Of a stretch of DNA of 64,000 nt, positions 1 to 11,432 are shown in pieces. This DNA comes from Malacoraja senta (taxonomy: Eukaryota). Where the stretch lies: contig CM075990.1 in assembly GCA_038087875.1 (NCBI GenBank), positions 558,001 through 622,000 of the forward strand. The letters run 5' to 3'. The translations under genes were made by a program, and so were the position numbers. The notes beneath the pieces were generated by a model. That model saw only the letters and a program-made list of their open reading frames with translations, ran no database searches and was not told where the DNA came from. Position 1 is the first letter of the stretch, and each line of letters opens with the position of its first letter.

Positions 1-437
1 CACACCAACCTCCCTTCTATTGACTCCATTTATACCTCACGCTGCCTCAGCAAAGCCAGCAGCATAATCAAGGACGAGTCGCACCGTGGCCACTCCCTCT
101 TCTCCCCTCTCCCATCGGGCAAAAGGTACATAAGTGTGAAAACGCACATCTCGAGAATCAGGGGCAGTTTCTTTGCAGCTGTTATCAGACAACTGAACCA
201 TCCTTCCACAACCAGAGAGCAATCCTGAACAACTATCTACCTCATTTGGAAACCCTCGGAGTATCTTTGATCGGACTTTGCTGGCTTTACCTTGCACTAA
301 ATGTTATTCCCTTATCATGTATCTATACACTGTAAATGACTCGATTGTAATCATGTATTGTCTTTCCGCTGATTGGTTAGCATGCAACAAAAGTTTTTCA
401 CTGTACCTTGGTACACGTTACAATAAAATAAAATAAA
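1..437 (+). mobile_element. Rex1/Babar-type LINE 3' end
   Basis: Translates to ...LPSIDSIYTSRCLSKASSIIKDESHRGHSLFSPLPSGKRY...SFFAAVIRQLN, the typical Rex1 ORF C-terminus, followed by a 3' UTR and an AATAAA-type tail. Confidence 0.8.
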
Positions 438-2636
438 CTTGTGTGTGGGTGATAATTGATCAGCCCAGATTCAATTGGTCGTAGGGCCTATTTCCACACT
501 TCCACCATTTACTTTCATCTCTGAACTAAACTAAACTCTGATTTTACTTCGGAGTCACGTGAGTGACTACGTGAAGAAGACCCGTCAGGGCGCATCATTA
601 AGTCAGTCGCATTGGCGCAGACTGGCTGGGAGGAACAAAGTTCTCCAGCGGTAAGTTTGAAAAATCCTACAGGTAAGTTTAAACTTACTTTTCAGGTTGT
701 CCGTTACAGGAATCTTTTCTCGCAGGTTCCTGCTGGACATGAAATTCAGCAAAACCCGGTGGATCGCGGGGAAATTGTGGACCGCGGGGATGCCGGCTTT
801 GTACCGCAGGAGTGCGGTAGCAGGTGGCCGGTGGGTTTTACTGGTTGAGTCGCGGACAGAACGGTCCGCGACTCCCGAGGTTTAATTCGGGCAGCGGGTT
901 TTTTGTAGACTGCGGGTTAAGCAAGCTGCGATCACGATAGAGGTGGCTGTTGGGCTTGTTATTTCGAGTCACTGACAGGCAGGTCAGCGACTCCAGAGAA
1001 ATGTTTTAAATAGGGGCTGCGGGGTTTCTCTAGACCGCGGGTATACCGGCTACGGTCCGCGGTAAAGTGAGGAGCCGGTGGCCGTCGGACTTCTTGTTAG
1101 AGTCGCTGACAGTAAGGTCAGCGACTCCCAAGGGTATTCGGGGTGCAGACTGAGCGTGGTCATCGGGTTAGTACCCGGCTCATTGAGGCAAGGACCCCGA
1201 CTTTGGCAGCCCATATGAGTTTGAACTGTGTGGAGCCTGGCCAGGAGGGTCCCCTCTGTTATATATGTATGTCCTCAGTGGAGAGGAGTAAGGTCTCAGG
1301 GCTGCTTACCAATTCCTCAGTGGAGAGGAGTACAAGGGGTCAGTGTTTGGCTGACCCCAACCCCAACTCAGGAAGTGAGATTAGTGGTTTATCACCCTTA
1401 TATGTCTATGGCAGTAGCATTTTCTGCTAATTCTGTGGAGGTTTCAGGTCTAGGCCAAGCTGGCCTTCAAGGAGAATTTACAATTCACGCATGCCCTCCA
1501 AATTAAGGACGAACGCAATTTTGGGAAGCGTTCAAAAGGGTAGACATTATAGTTACCACTTGGTCACATTGTGACTATTATACCGAGACAGATGATTATC
1601 ATTTACTCAATTAAGGAAATGGGAAGACTTGTTGAGCTGTCTTATCAGTCACCTGTGGGAGTTACACCAGATGGCGTCATAGTAATTCTGCTCATTAAAA
1701 GGGACTGTGCACGGTTTCTTCCCCAAGACGCCGGATTACTCATATTAAAAGTAAATAAATCCCAGGTTTAACTGGGATGGGCGTCTTTATTCTCATAAAT
1801 GTCTTTGCCTATGACAAATAACTGTTAAGTTTTGTTCCAGCATTTACCACTATGTCTGATGTACGGGGGCCAGAGGCGCTCCAATTCTTCCCTATAGACG
1901 GCGTTGGCATCGGGAAGGAGCACGATTTGGAGTCGCTAGCACGTGCAGCCTGTTTGGGGAAGGAGGATACCAACAGAGTATCGATTTGCATGGCTAGTCG
2001 TGGCGGCTGCTGTAGGCAGCGACCTGATAACCCCAACTCAGAGTGAGTGCCAAGCCAGGGGTATCAATGTCAGACAACATTGCGTCTCGTTGCAATCCAA
2101 CAACGCTCCATCGTAAGGCATGTCAGGCAGCAACACCTAGTAAAGGGTTGCAAAATTCCCCCCACTCAAGGGTTGGAGTGGTCGAGAGAGTGCTACAGGA
2201 GGATGCACATGTGTCTGAAGCAACACCTGTTTGCAGGGTTGCCATTCCTCCCACTTGGTGCACCACAGTGGTCGAGATAGTGCTAAAATACAGGCACACA
2301 GGCCTGGGGCAGCTCCTGTTGCAGGTTGCATAATTCCTCCCACGTGGATGTATAGTGGATGAAGATGGAGCCACACACATATGTGATAAGATTGTGGGGA
2401 ATGGTGTCGAGCAACATGCTTGGTACAGAGGCATGTACAAGCAAATGGAGGAGATGGATGGTGATACCTGCTTCAGCTTCGATAAGTCCCACTCTAAAAG
2501 AGTGTCTAAGGTTAGAATGGATTAACTCCAAACAGGAATCCAAACATGGCTATGTGCCGGGATCCCATGCTGAATGCATGAGGGTAAGCAGTGGGCGTTT
2601 GCCTTTAAAATTGCTGCTCAGTCGCTGATTGCTGAT

Positions 2637-3620
2637 CCATCCAGAGAAATCCAAATTAACACCTGACTATTTGTGTCACAATTGATTCAATTAAGTGACT
2701 CTGCCCAGGGAAAAAAGGGTAGAGCTAATTGACAGCTGTATCAAGCTAATTGAGGCATTAAGGATACATTCGGGTCATTATAATAGACCTATGCAGTTAT
2801 CAGTAAAGGCTATTCTGATTTGCAATGGTGGATTAACCATGTGTCCAGGAGTTATAGCAAGGTAATGCTTGACCAGCCGTCCATGATTTTGCAGATGAAT
2901 GTCAGTGCACTCGGTTGGGGTGTCACGGATACGAGTTTCAGCTGTGGAGGCAGATGGACTGAGCAAGAGGCATCGCTTCTGCAGACATGGGCAATTAACT
3001 ATTAAGAGGTTTTTATGGACAAGGCTTATTGCTCTAACAAATGTAATCTGCATGTTCAGTTTCAGATTGACAATACAACGCAAGTGGCATATATAATAAT
3101 CACATCGGTGGAATCAAGTCGGTATTTTGTGACAGATTGGCTAATCACATTTGGGTCTGGTGCATTGGAAAAGATATTTCAGCTATTTATCTACCAGGTA
3201 GATTCTACATAGTAGCAGACGTCAAGTCACGAAAGTTCCATGACAACATAGATTGAATGTTGAACCAGGAGGTGTTCACTAATATAGTACTTGTATATGA
3301 ATGCCAGATATCGATTTGTTTTGCATCAAGGTTCAACCATCAGATGCCTAAATAGGTTTCATGGGAACCAGACCAGGTGGCAGTTGCAATAGATACTTTG
3401 ACGTTACATTGGGGTGGTATGTTTTATATATTTTCCTACCATTTTGCCTAATAGGTCGGAGTCTGCAAGAAATCAAGCAGGATGCCGCTTTGGGGGTGCT
3501 TGTAATACCTAATTGGACAAATCAAGCATGGTTTCCCTTTGATGTTACAGTTAGAGATCCAACCTCTTTTTGGTGGTTCCCAAGCGTAGAAATTGACTGG
3601 AGCATCCTCTAACACGGGAA
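2637..3620 (+). pseudogene. DIRS RT C-terminus/RNase H and methyltransferase-like domain remnants
   Basis: Fragments IHPEKSKL, LQMNVSALGWG, GGRWTEQE, DNTTQVAYI, DIDLF, LPFCLIGRSLQEIKQD...VIPNWTNQAWF, with many stops and frameshifts. Confidence 0.75.
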
Positions 3621-3739
3621 AGTCATCTGTTATGTGATTGTATTGACTTGTTAATTTGCAGGTTTTAAGAAGGCCATACCTGGAGCAAGGACTGTCTGGG
3701 TGAACGGTGGACATGCTCACTGTAGCCTGGAGAAAGAGT

Positions 3740-4600
3740 ACTCAAAAGGGGTATATTACTTATGTAAAAAATGGGAGCAACATTGTGTACAAAATAATAT
3801 TGACTATAGTACTGCAGGTATTGTGGATATTTTAGAGTTCCTGTTGACACTCTATGATGATGAGGGGCTCAGTTATAGCATCATTAATACAGCTTTAAGT
3901 GTTTGTCATCATATGGTTTTGATGGGGTCAGGAAAGATCCTATTGAGTTTCATCATATCATAGCTGGATTGATGAAAGGAATTTCAACTCTAAACCTCCT
4001 AAACCCAGGTATATGGCGCTCTGGGATGTAAGTGAGGTCCTCAAGATGCTTCGACAGTAGGTTCCTGTCATGTCTCTGAATTTGCCAAACTAATCATGAA
4101 AGTGGTTATGCTCTTGGCATTGGTTCAGCATAGCAAGTGCAGATTTGCAAAAACTTCTGTTAGACAGGATGGAAGTTGCTGAAGAGAATGTTATGTTATA
4201 TAATTGCGTCCTGCTTAAGCAGAGCAGGCCAGGTGTCACAGGTTTGTTAAAATTGTGTTTCAGCCTAACCTACTGATCCATGTTTATGTGTAATGGCACA
4301 TTTATTTTCATTATACTGAAGCTATAAAGACCTTAAGAAATGTGGAAACAGCATTGTTTATCAGTTACATGAAGCCACACAGGAGAGTGTCAGTGCAGAC
4401 TATCTCAAGGTGGTTTAAAGCAAATGTTGATTAAGGCAAGTATTAACACTGAAGTGTATATATCCTTTTTCCACTAGTGCAGCAGCAACATCGTTGGCTA
4501 GGGCGATGGATGTTCACATCGGCCATATTTTTATAGGTGCCGGGTGATCAAATGAATTATTTTTAAAAAAAATTTACCATCGGCCGATCGGAGAGAGGCT
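3740..4600 (+). pseudogene. DIRS tyrosine recombinase remnant
   Basis: KKWEQHC...ILEFLLTLYDDEGLSYSIINTALS, WDVSEVL, KVVMLLAL, LFISYMKPHRRVSVQTISRW, STSAAATS; reading frame disrupted. Confidence 0.8.
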
Positions 4601-4802
4601 GTTTGCAAATTCAGTATTAAATCCTGTTTAGTTCCCCTGGGATAGACGGGTTACTGTTTGTTTTGATTATTCAAATCAATTGTTACTGCATGATATTAAC
4701 ATTTAATGTTTAACGCATTATTGATTGTTTCTCATCGAAAGTCAATCAATGCAGTGAGGCCGGGATTTGGATCTGCGGCATAAAATCACAGAGCTTTGAA
4801 CC

Positions 4803-4913
4803 CTTCACGTAGTCACTCATGTGACTCCGAAGTAAAATAGTAAGATTAAACGAGAACTTACCAGTTTGAAGTTTGATCTTTATTTTATGAGGAGTTACGT
4901 TGGTGATTACGTG
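4803..4913 (+). repeat. DIRS copy 1 internal complementary region (ICR)
   Basis: Reverse complement of the right terminus joined to the left terminus (circle junction tcttacta|ttttacttc), about 2 mismatches. Confidence 0.92.
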
Positions 4914-5386
4914 CCTGCCACGCCCAACTCTCTCTCATAAAAAAGGTCATATGGTAGTTCTCATGTTGCTCATCTTAATATGTTACTTCAAATATTGTGT
5001 TGTCTGTGATTTCATACCGCTGCTTTGAAGATTGACGCGCATGCGCCCTGACGGGTCTTCTTCACGTAATCACCAACGTAACTCCTCATAAAATGAAGAT
5101 CAAACTTCAAACTGGTAAGTTCTCGTTTAATCTTACTATTATCCTGTGGTTGTTGGTAACTTTGTCTTCATACATCAGTCCTGGATATAGCAAGGCCATG
5201 TTTTTATATGATTAAAAGAAAACACAGTCACAGAGTCTTGCAGCACAGACACAGACTCTTCAGTCCATCATGTCATTGCTAACCATCAAACACCCATCTA
5301 CATTAACACACTCGTCTGTCCTTTGTCTATTACTGACATTACCATGCAATTCAGGAACTGGTATTTTCCACTGTGTTGTATCTATT

Positions 5387-5710
5387 AGCCCTATCCCATG
5401 GCACGAGTTCATTCCAAGAGCTCTCCTGATTTAAAAAAATCAAACTCGGGGTAAGCACGGAGAATGAACGTAGCGGGTATGTCGGAGCTCGGGGACGTCT
5501 CTTAGCGGCTCGTAACGCTAACGGCAGGTACTCGGGAATACTCGCTAATGGCAGGTAAGCAGGGGAAGACTCGTGAAGATTTTTCAACATGTTGAAAGAT
5601 GTCCACGAGAGCCCCGAGCCCCGTGTGGCCATTACCATAAATCTCCGAGTTCGAATCAGGGCAAAGTCAGGAGAGCTCTTGGAATGAACTCATACCGTGG
5701 GACAGGGGTT
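5387..5710. mobile_element. PIF/Harbinger-type MITE (copy a)
   Basis: ~40-bp TIRs (gccctatccca...gagctctcc / ggagagctc...tgggacagggg); same family as the copies at 28485 and 35694. Confidence 0.75.
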
Positions 5711-5929
5711 TAAGTCTTTCAGAAGTTAAAGGTAGACACAAAATGCTGGAGTAACTCAGTGGGTCAGGCAGCATCTCTGGAGAGAAGGAATGGGTGATGT
5801 TTTGGGTCGAGACCCTTCCTCAGACTGTTTCAGAAGTGATCTGGTTTAACAAACAGGCTCTTTCTCTGTATTGGTGCCATTTACTGGTTGTTGTCCTCTT
5901 GAATCCTCACCATGTATTCACGATATAAT

Positions 5930-6520
5930 ATTATCCATAGATACAATCACGCCAAACTCAGGTACAATAGGTAGAGCAAAGGGAAAGATACAAAATGCTG
6001 AATAGAGTTCCAGTTCAATGTAGCACACCAGTTCCAGAGACAAAGTCCAAAGACCAATGGAATACAGGTGAATCAGACAGTACCCTAGCTAATTGAAGGA
6101 CCGTTCGGAAGCATGATAAGAGGGGCAAAAGCAGTTCTGGTAGCGTATGCTTTCAAGCTTCTATATCTTCTGCTTGACAGGAGCGGGAAGAGGAAGGAAT
6201 GACCAGGGTGGAATATTTGATTATGTTGGCTGCTTTTCCGAGGAAGTGTGAAGTGTAGATAGGGTCATTGATGGGGAGTCTGGTCTGTGTAATGGACTGA
6301 GCAATATCCACAACTCTTGCTCTTTGGAAGAGCTGATCCTAAACCAAGCTGTGATGCAACCCAACAATTTGCCTTCCATGGCACATCTGTGCAAGTACGT
6401 AGAAGTCATTGGAGACATTCTGAATTCCCTCAGTCCTCTGAGGAGGTAGAGGCAATTGTGTGCCTACTTGGTTGTCACTTCAATGTGGTTAGACCATAAC
6501 AGATTGTTGGTAATATTTAA
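5930..6520 (-). mobile_element. degraded Rex1/Babar-type LINE fragment
   Basis: Minus strand encodes CITAWF and a Rex1-like C-terminus/3' UTR. Confidence 0.55.
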
Positions 6521-6845
6521 TTCCACTGGTGGGAGAGTCTAGGACCAGAGGTCATGGCCTCAGAATTAAAAGGTGCACTTTTAGAAAGGAGGTGAGGAGG
6601 AACTTCTTTGGTCAGAGGGTAGTTAATCTGTGGAACTCATTGCCACAAGGGCTGTGGAGGCCAAGTTTGTGGATATTTTTAAGGCTGAGATAGACAAATA
6701 AATTCTTGATTGGAAAGGGTGTCAATGGCGATGGGGAGAAGACAGGAAAATGGGTTTAGGAGGCAGAGATCAGCCATGATTGAATGATTGCAGTTTACTT
6801 GATGGGCCGAATGGTCTAATTCTACTGCAATAACGTGTGAACTTG
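6521..6845 (+). mobile_element. CR1 LINE 3' fragment
   Basis: ESRTRGH...FFGQRVVNLWNSLP motif and CR1 3' UTR. Confidence 0.8.
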
Positions 6846-7469
6846 AAGCTCTCAATCATTTCCACTACGGCAGCATTGATGTTGTTGGACAATGCACACT
6901 TCCTGAAGTCAATAGGTAATTGTGCTTCTTACATAAAACATTGTCTAAAATGCAGATGAATTGGAGACCTGTGTGTTTTAGTTTATTAGGAATTCAATTT
7001 CCTGAGGCTCTTAAGTGGTTTAGTAATCCTGACACAACATCCCAGGGTGAATTCCCACTGTGTGCAGTGTTGAGGCTGTCATTATAGAACAGGCTGAAAA
7101 TCCAGGAGGATATTGCCTGGGAATGTGCAGTCAACCCTCTAGCTATTTGCCTTTTTACCCAGTTGGTAGGACAGCTTGATGTTAAGGATGGTAAATGCCA
7201 AACAACAGATAACTGAATACCTGATGTGCTGAATCATATTAGTAATGCCTGACACAAATCTTCTCATCCCCATTGATTTCTAATTTGTTAATCCGCGTGG
7301 ATTTAATAGCTTGCAAATTTAATTACTCAGCCAGAATCTCAAATTCTGTAAAAATTAATTGATGAAGAAGGTGCAATTTAATAAAAGCACAAAATGCTGG
7401 AGAGATTCAGTGACTCAGGGTTGACCTTCTATGTACATTTAACTCCCAACCCTGAATCCCACTTATGAT

Positions 7470-7790
7470 GTCATAAGTGATAGTAGCAGATTAGGCCATT
7501 CGGTCCATCTAGACTACTCTGTCATTCAATCATGGCTGATCTATCTCCCCTCCTAACATTCTCCTGCCTTCTCCCCATAACCCCTGACACCCTTACTAAC
7601 CAAAATATATCTATCTCTGCCTAAAAATATCAATTGACTTGGCCTCCACAGCCTTCTGTGCCAAAGAATCCCACAGATTCATCGCCCTCTGAATAAAGAC
7701 ATTCTTCCTCATCTCTTTCCTAAAGGAACGTCCTTTAATTCTGAGGCTGTGACCTCCAGTCCTAGACTCGCCCACTAGTGGAAACATCTC
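7470..7790 (-). mobile_element. CR1 LINE 3' fragment
   Basis: Reverse complement of the CR1 3' end. Confidence 0.75.
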
Positions 7791-7926
7791 CCTCTTTCGC
7801 CTTACTCCTGTCCCCTTGCACCCACATCCCTCCCTCCAGCTTCATATTTCACTAGTCCTCTCCTGTCCTTAACTGACACCCTTGTTTTCTTTTCATCTCT
7901 AGCCTTTGTTACATACTTCAACCATC

Positions 7927-8560
7927 TTAGTTTAGTTTAGAGATACATCGTGGAAACAGGCCCTTCGGCCCACCGAGTCTGCACCGAACAGCGATCCCCA
8001 CACATTAACACTATCCTACACACACGGGACAATTTACACTTATACCAAGCCAATTAACCTACAAACCTATACGTCTTTCGAGTGTGGGAGGAAACCCAAG
8101 ATCTCAGCGAAAACCCAGGTAGTCACGGAGAGTACGTACAAACTCCTTACAGACAGCACCCGTAGTCGGGATCGAATCCAGATCTTTGGTTTCCTCCCAC
8201 ACTCCAAAGACGTACACATTTATAGGTTGTGTAAGGAAGAAGTGCAGATGCTGGTTAAAATCGAAGGTAGACACAAAATGCTGATTAACTCAACAGGTGA
8301 GGCAGCAATCTCTGGAGTCTGAAGAATTTTCTCGACCCGAAACGTTGCCCATTCCTTCTCTCCAGAGATGCTGCCTCACCCGCTGAGTTACTCCAGCATT
8401 TTGTGTTTACCAGGTTTGTAGGTTAATTGGCTAGGTATAAGTGTAATTTGTTCCTCATGTGTGAAGGATAGTGTTAATGCGCGGGGATCGCTGGTCGGTG
8501 CAGATTCGGTGGGCCAAAGGGCCTGTTTCCACATTGTACCTCTAAACTGAACTAAAAACT
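7927..8560. mobile_element. two HE1-type V-SINE pieces in inverted orientation with a Penelope-derived repeat inserted
   Basis: (TTTAG)n tail at the left and (AAACT)n tail at the right; V-domain on both strands. Confidence 0.7.
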
Positions 8561-8658
8561 AAACTAAAAACACTGTATTGCATCATTGTATTTGAACCTG
8601 ACTGCCTTCAACACAAAGAAAACGTCTAACAGAGACAGAACTGAGCAGACTGGGTCTC

Positions 8659-8858
8659 NNNNNNNNNNNNNNNNNNNNNNNNNNNNNNNNNNNNNNNNNN
8701 NNNNNNNNNNNNNNNNNNNNNNNNNNNNNNNNNNNNNNNNNNNNNNNNNNNNNNNNNNNNNNNNNNNNNNNNNNNNNNNNNNNNNNNNNNNNNNNNNNNN
8801 NNNNNNNNNNNNNNNNNNNNNNNNNNNNNNNNNNNNNNNNNNNNNNNNNNNNNNNNNN
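8659..8858. other. assembly gap (200 N)
   Basis: Run of N. Confidence 1.
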
Positions 8859-8936
8859 GTGCCTAAATCATCGAGAATTAATGGATAACATGCAGAATTA
8901 TAGTGTAGCTAATAATGGAACAGCAAACAGATATAC

Positions 8937-9975
8937 TAGCAATGTTACAAAATTTTGAGATTTTAAAAATAAAGTCTGCAATTTATCCCATCAGATAAAG
9001 CATAAAAAGAAGTTTAATTTGACACCTAATTCACTTTCATATCTTCAGTATTAAAGACGTTATGGCCATTTTCATACTCGGAAATTAGCATCTTGTTCCC
9101 TATTGCTTTTCCATTGACTTAACACAAAAGCTGTGATCGAGGACAGTCAAAAGCCCATAACTTTCTTACAAATTAAGATAACTGAAAGAAATTTTCAGTT
9201 ATTATAGATTGAAGCATTCTGAAACAAATATGAAACAATCTTACTTAGAAGACATGAAAGTAAAGCATATAATTAGTTAGTTACCTAATTGTAGCTAATT
9301 ACAAAATTCAATTACTAGATCTAAACATCTATCAATTTCTTAAGAATAGATTAACATTTTTAAATAGCCTAAGTGTCCAAATAACATTCACACAATAATT
9401 CACAATATAACATAATTTTTAAATCTAATTTTCATGAATTTACAGGCCAAATGGAAGGAATTGAATGTTTAATACCTGTAAATTAATGGGCATTTAAATC
9501 ATCTTGCGAGTGAGGATTTCTGGAACGCGATCTTTTGAAACGTTCATTTGCGGTGAATTTAACCCCGTATCGGCATGAAAAATACTGCCGTGAATTCGGG
9601 GAATAAAATCACCGTGTCGCATGAAAATATGTGAATTAAAGGCTTCTTAAGAAGCACTTTTATACATTTAAAGAAACCACTTTCGTTTACCTGTCCCGTG
9701 TGTGAAATCCGTCCCTGTTATCGGCGTTGACACTTCAGGAGCTGCTTTTAAAATTACTCTAGCGCTGACATTGACGATTTAATAAAAATAAAAATACACA
9801 AAACGCCACTAGGAACGATTCTACAGCCAACGCTTGTACTCCAACAAAATATTAACCAGGACAAGGGAGGAGAAACCCGCATTTTAACCCCGCCCCCCCT
9901 TAAAGGCGCCAAAATCGCGCACACGGCCAGTGGCAGAATTACAGTGCGACTGAAGGTAAGTTTTGTAACATACCT
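8937..9975 (+). mobile_element. ~1.04-kb non-autonomous DNA transposon (copy a)
   Basis: Imperfect TIRs tagcaatgttacaaaa / ttttgtaacataccta; flanking duplication agatatac (8929-8936, 9976-9983); near-identical copy at 30410-31451. Confidence 0.8.
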
Positions 9976-9987
9976 AGATATACCAGG

Positions 9988-10275
9988 TTTAGTTTAGTTT
10001 AGAGATACAGCATGGAAACAGGCCCTTCGGCCCACCGATTCCACACCGACCAGCGATCCCCGCACATTAACACTACTCTGCGCACACACACGGGATAATG
10101 TTTGCATTTACTAAGCCAATTAACCTACAAACCTGTACGCCTTTGGAGTGTGGGAGGAAACCGGAGTTCCTGGAGAAAACCCACACAGATCTTGGGGAGA
10201 ACATACAAACTACAGTTAAGCACCGGTAGTCGGGATCGGACCCAGGTCTCTGGTGCTGTAGGTCAGTAGCTCTAC
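9988..10275 (-). mobile_element. HE1-type tRNA-derived V-SINE
   Basis: tRNA-like head (gggcggcatggtggcgtagcggtagag), V-domain, CR1-like tail (AAACT)n. Confidence 0.85.
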
Positions 10276-10483
10276 CGCTACGCCACCATGCCGCCCGGTG
10301 TTTTAGTCAAGGATTTAAGCATGCATGGTACAAAATACAGAGGTCGTAGTGCGGCACGACAGTTACCGTATTTCATGTAATATCATATAGAGTCAAGGAG
10401 CTACACAGTATGGAAACTGGCCCTGCTACCAAACTCCTCCATGCCAAACAAGTTGCCCAAGCAAGCAAATCCAACTTGCATGC

Positions 10484-11002
10484 TACTTCCTTACTTACTT
10501 ACTGCCTATTATGCCTCCTGGCATGTAGGGCAGCAACGAAGGTCCTCCACTCCTGTCTGTTCTGGGCTAGCTTCTGGACACTACCCCAGGTCAGGTCCAT
10601 TGTTTTCATTTCCTCCTCTACAGTTTGACGCCAGGTGGTTTTGGGTCTCCCTCTTTTCCTTTTCCCTTCAGTGCAGGGCTATTCTTGGGATGCTGTCTGG
10701 TCACCATTGACATTCATCCCAGCATCTGTCGATAGCCCTGGAAGTCCATCACGCCCAGTAGTGTTGATTCCTTCAGTTGCTGTTTCCGTAACATATTTGT
10801 TTTACGAGACAGGGTTGTTAGCCCTGTGCTCAACCTCCAACCTGGAGGACCAGTGGATCGCTATTCATCTCGCCTCTACCCTTCGACCTGTCCAGCATGG
10901 GAGACCCTGACAGGAGACGAATCTCCCGCTGGCATAGTTCTAGGGGTCACTGGGACACACAAGCTCCCTGACCACGACAAGGTTGCAATCCAATGGGGAG
11001 CC
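10484..11002 (-). mobile_element. internally deleted (bipartite) RTE retroelement
   Basis: RTE-type 5' UTR joined to the ORF end (GKRKRGRPKTTWR...WRTFVAALHARRHNRQ*); (TAAG)n tail; 10-bp TSD acttgcatgc (10474-10483, 11003-11012). Confidence 0.8.
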
Positions 11003-11296
11003 ACTTGCATGCACTTGGCCGACATTCTTCCAAACCTTTCCCATCAATGTATCTGACCAAGTGTCTTTTAAATATCATAATTATGTTTCCTCAGGCAATT
11101 TGTTCTATGTATGCTCTGCCCGCTGTGTGAAAATGTTGTCCCTTAGATCCATGTTAAATCATTAAACCTCTGCCCTCTAGTACATCTTTGGAGTGTTGGA
11201 GGAAACTGGAGCACTTGGAGAAAACCCACAAGGCACTGGGAAAACGTACAAACTCCGTACAGACAGCACCCGTAGTCAGGATCAAACCCGAGTCTC

Positions 11297-11432
11297 TAGG
11301 GAGAAAACTGACGAAGATGCGGGTGAATGCTCCATTGGTGTCCTGGATCACCAACTACCTGACTGGATGACACACAGAGCTGTGTCTCGGGCATGGTGGT
11401 GAGCAACACAGAGGCCTCGCAGGGCACGGTCC
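11297..11432 (+). mobile_element. Rex1/Babar LINE RT fragment, 5' part (host of the ERV)
   Basis: KLTKMRVNAPLVSWITNYLTG...SNTEASQGTV; continues after the ERV at 17893. Confidence 0.75.

Larger units (their letters stand above)
541..5140 (+). mobile_element. DIRS1-type tyrosine-recombinase retrotransposon, copy 1 (coding-defective)
   Basis: Inverted terminal repeats (568-595 vs 5041-5068). Internal complementary region 4803-4913 is complementary to both the left end (542-576) and the right end (5063-5138). Remnants of RT/RNase H, methyltransferase-like and YR domains lie inside. Confidence 0.93.
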
